DNA of 64,000 nucleotides from Mobula hypostoma (taxonomy: Eukaryota), in contig NC_086100.1 of NCBI RefSeq assembly GCF_963921235.1, forward strand, positions 202,556,001-202,620,000. The letters run 5' to 3'. The translations under genes and the position numbers were made by a program. This document shows, piece by piece, positions 63,201 to 64,000 of this stretch. Under the pieces are notes generated by a model. It did no database searches. It worked only from the letters and a program-made list of their open reading frames with translations, and had not been told where the DNA came from. Position 1 is the first letter of the stretch, and the number at the start of each line of letters is the position of its first letter.

Positions 63201-64000
63201 TGATACCTACACAGAAACACCCCGCACCCACTGACACATACACAGAAAGACCCCACACCCACTGAACCACCTACAGAGAAACACCCCATACCCACAGAAC
63301 CACCTATGAACACCCCACACCCAATTACACCTACACAGAAACGCCAAACACCCACTGACACCTACAGAGAAATACCCCACACCCACTGAACAACCGACAC
63401 AGAAACACCCCACACCCACTGATACCGACACAGAAATCCCCAGACCCACTGACACCGACACAGAAACACCTCACACCCACTGACACCTATTCAGAAACTC
63501 CCCACACGCACGGAACCACTTATACAGAAACACCCCATACCCTCTGACAAATACACAGAAACACCCCACGCCCACTGAACCACTGACACAGAAACACCCC
63601 ACACCCACTAACACCTACACAGAAACACCCAACACCCACTGAACCACTGACACAGAAACACCCCACACCCACTTGCACCTACACAGAAACACCACACACC
63701 CACTGACACCGACACAGAAAGACCCCACAGCCACTGACACGTACACAAAACACCCCACACCCACATACACAGAAACACCCCACACCCACTGACACCTACA
63801 GAGAAACACCCTACACCCACTGACAAATACACAGAAACACCCCGCTCCTACTGACACCTGCACAGAAACACTCCACACCCACTGACACCTACACAGAAAC
63901 ACCCCACACACACTGAACCAGCAACACAGAAATACCCCACACCCACTCAACTACCTACACAGAAACACCCCACACCCACTGAACCACCAACACAGAAACA
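15245..64000. repeat. Giant CA-rich minisatellite/satellite array with 31/33-bp monomers and nested higher-order duplications; open at the window end
   Basis: Consensus CCCACTGA-[CACCT|CAAAT|CACCG|CACCA|ACCACCT|ACTACCT|ACCACTT]-ACACAGAAACACCCCACA, head-to-tail in one orientation. About 1,500 units, estimated from length divided by ~31.5 bp. Confidence 0.99.

Noticed and set aside
15181..63950. Hundreds of minus-strand Val/Gly/Cys-rich ORFs (keratin-associated or metallothionein-like) and plus-strand Thr/Pro/His ORFs (mucin-like)
   Set aside because: They are translations of the repeat in overlapping frames, mostly from GTG starts. The 31-bp unit is not a multiple of 3, and stops (TAG on minus, TGA on plus) recur constantly.
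15245..64000. CRISPR-like constant repeat with variable spacer
   Set aside because: The variable parts are only 5-7 nt and are reused hundreds of times. There are no cas genes and the context is vertebrate.
15245..64000. Telomeric repeat (resembles yeast C1-3A)
   Set aside because: No (TTAGGG)n tract is present and the period is a fixed 31/33 bp. A subtelomeric position cannot be judged from this window.
15245..64000. Immunoglobulin switch region
   Set aside because: AGCT/GAGCT hotspot motifs are nearly absent and no Ig constant exons are seen.

Overview
This window is vertebrate DNA with no intact protein-coding gene. The CR1/Rex1/Penelope-type repeat mix suggests a cartilaginous fish, probably a ray; that assignment is inference. 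Bases 1-14.6 kb are nested, decayed transposons: a hAT/Charlie transposase tail, about eight CR1 LINE pieces, several Rex1/Babar LINE pieces (one old minus-strand copy split by four later insertions), a likely solo LTR and Penelope-type terminal-repeat remnants. About 0.6 kb of unique DNA follows (14.6-15.2 kb), with a possible terminal coding exon. The remaining ~48.8 kb, running off the window end, is one strand-asymmetric minisatellite of roughly 1,500 monomers. Each monomer has a 26-nt constant part (ACACAGAAACACCCCACACCCACTGA) and a 5- or 7-nt variable slot, giving 31- or 33-bp units. Offsets between repeated ORF-track entries reveal nested duplications (0.44, 0.82, 0.91, 1.12, 2.03, 3.4-3.6, 6.4/10.15 and ~30.3 kb) whose order can be partly reconstructed. 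Nearly every monomer carries a KLF CACCC box and a G-tract pair; most 31-mers also form a cryptic 12-RSS-like arrangement, and the commonest carries a T-box half-site. Any function for these motifs is hypothesis only. The Val/Gly/Cys ORFs in the array are repeat artefacts. Boundaries were read by eye and are approximate.
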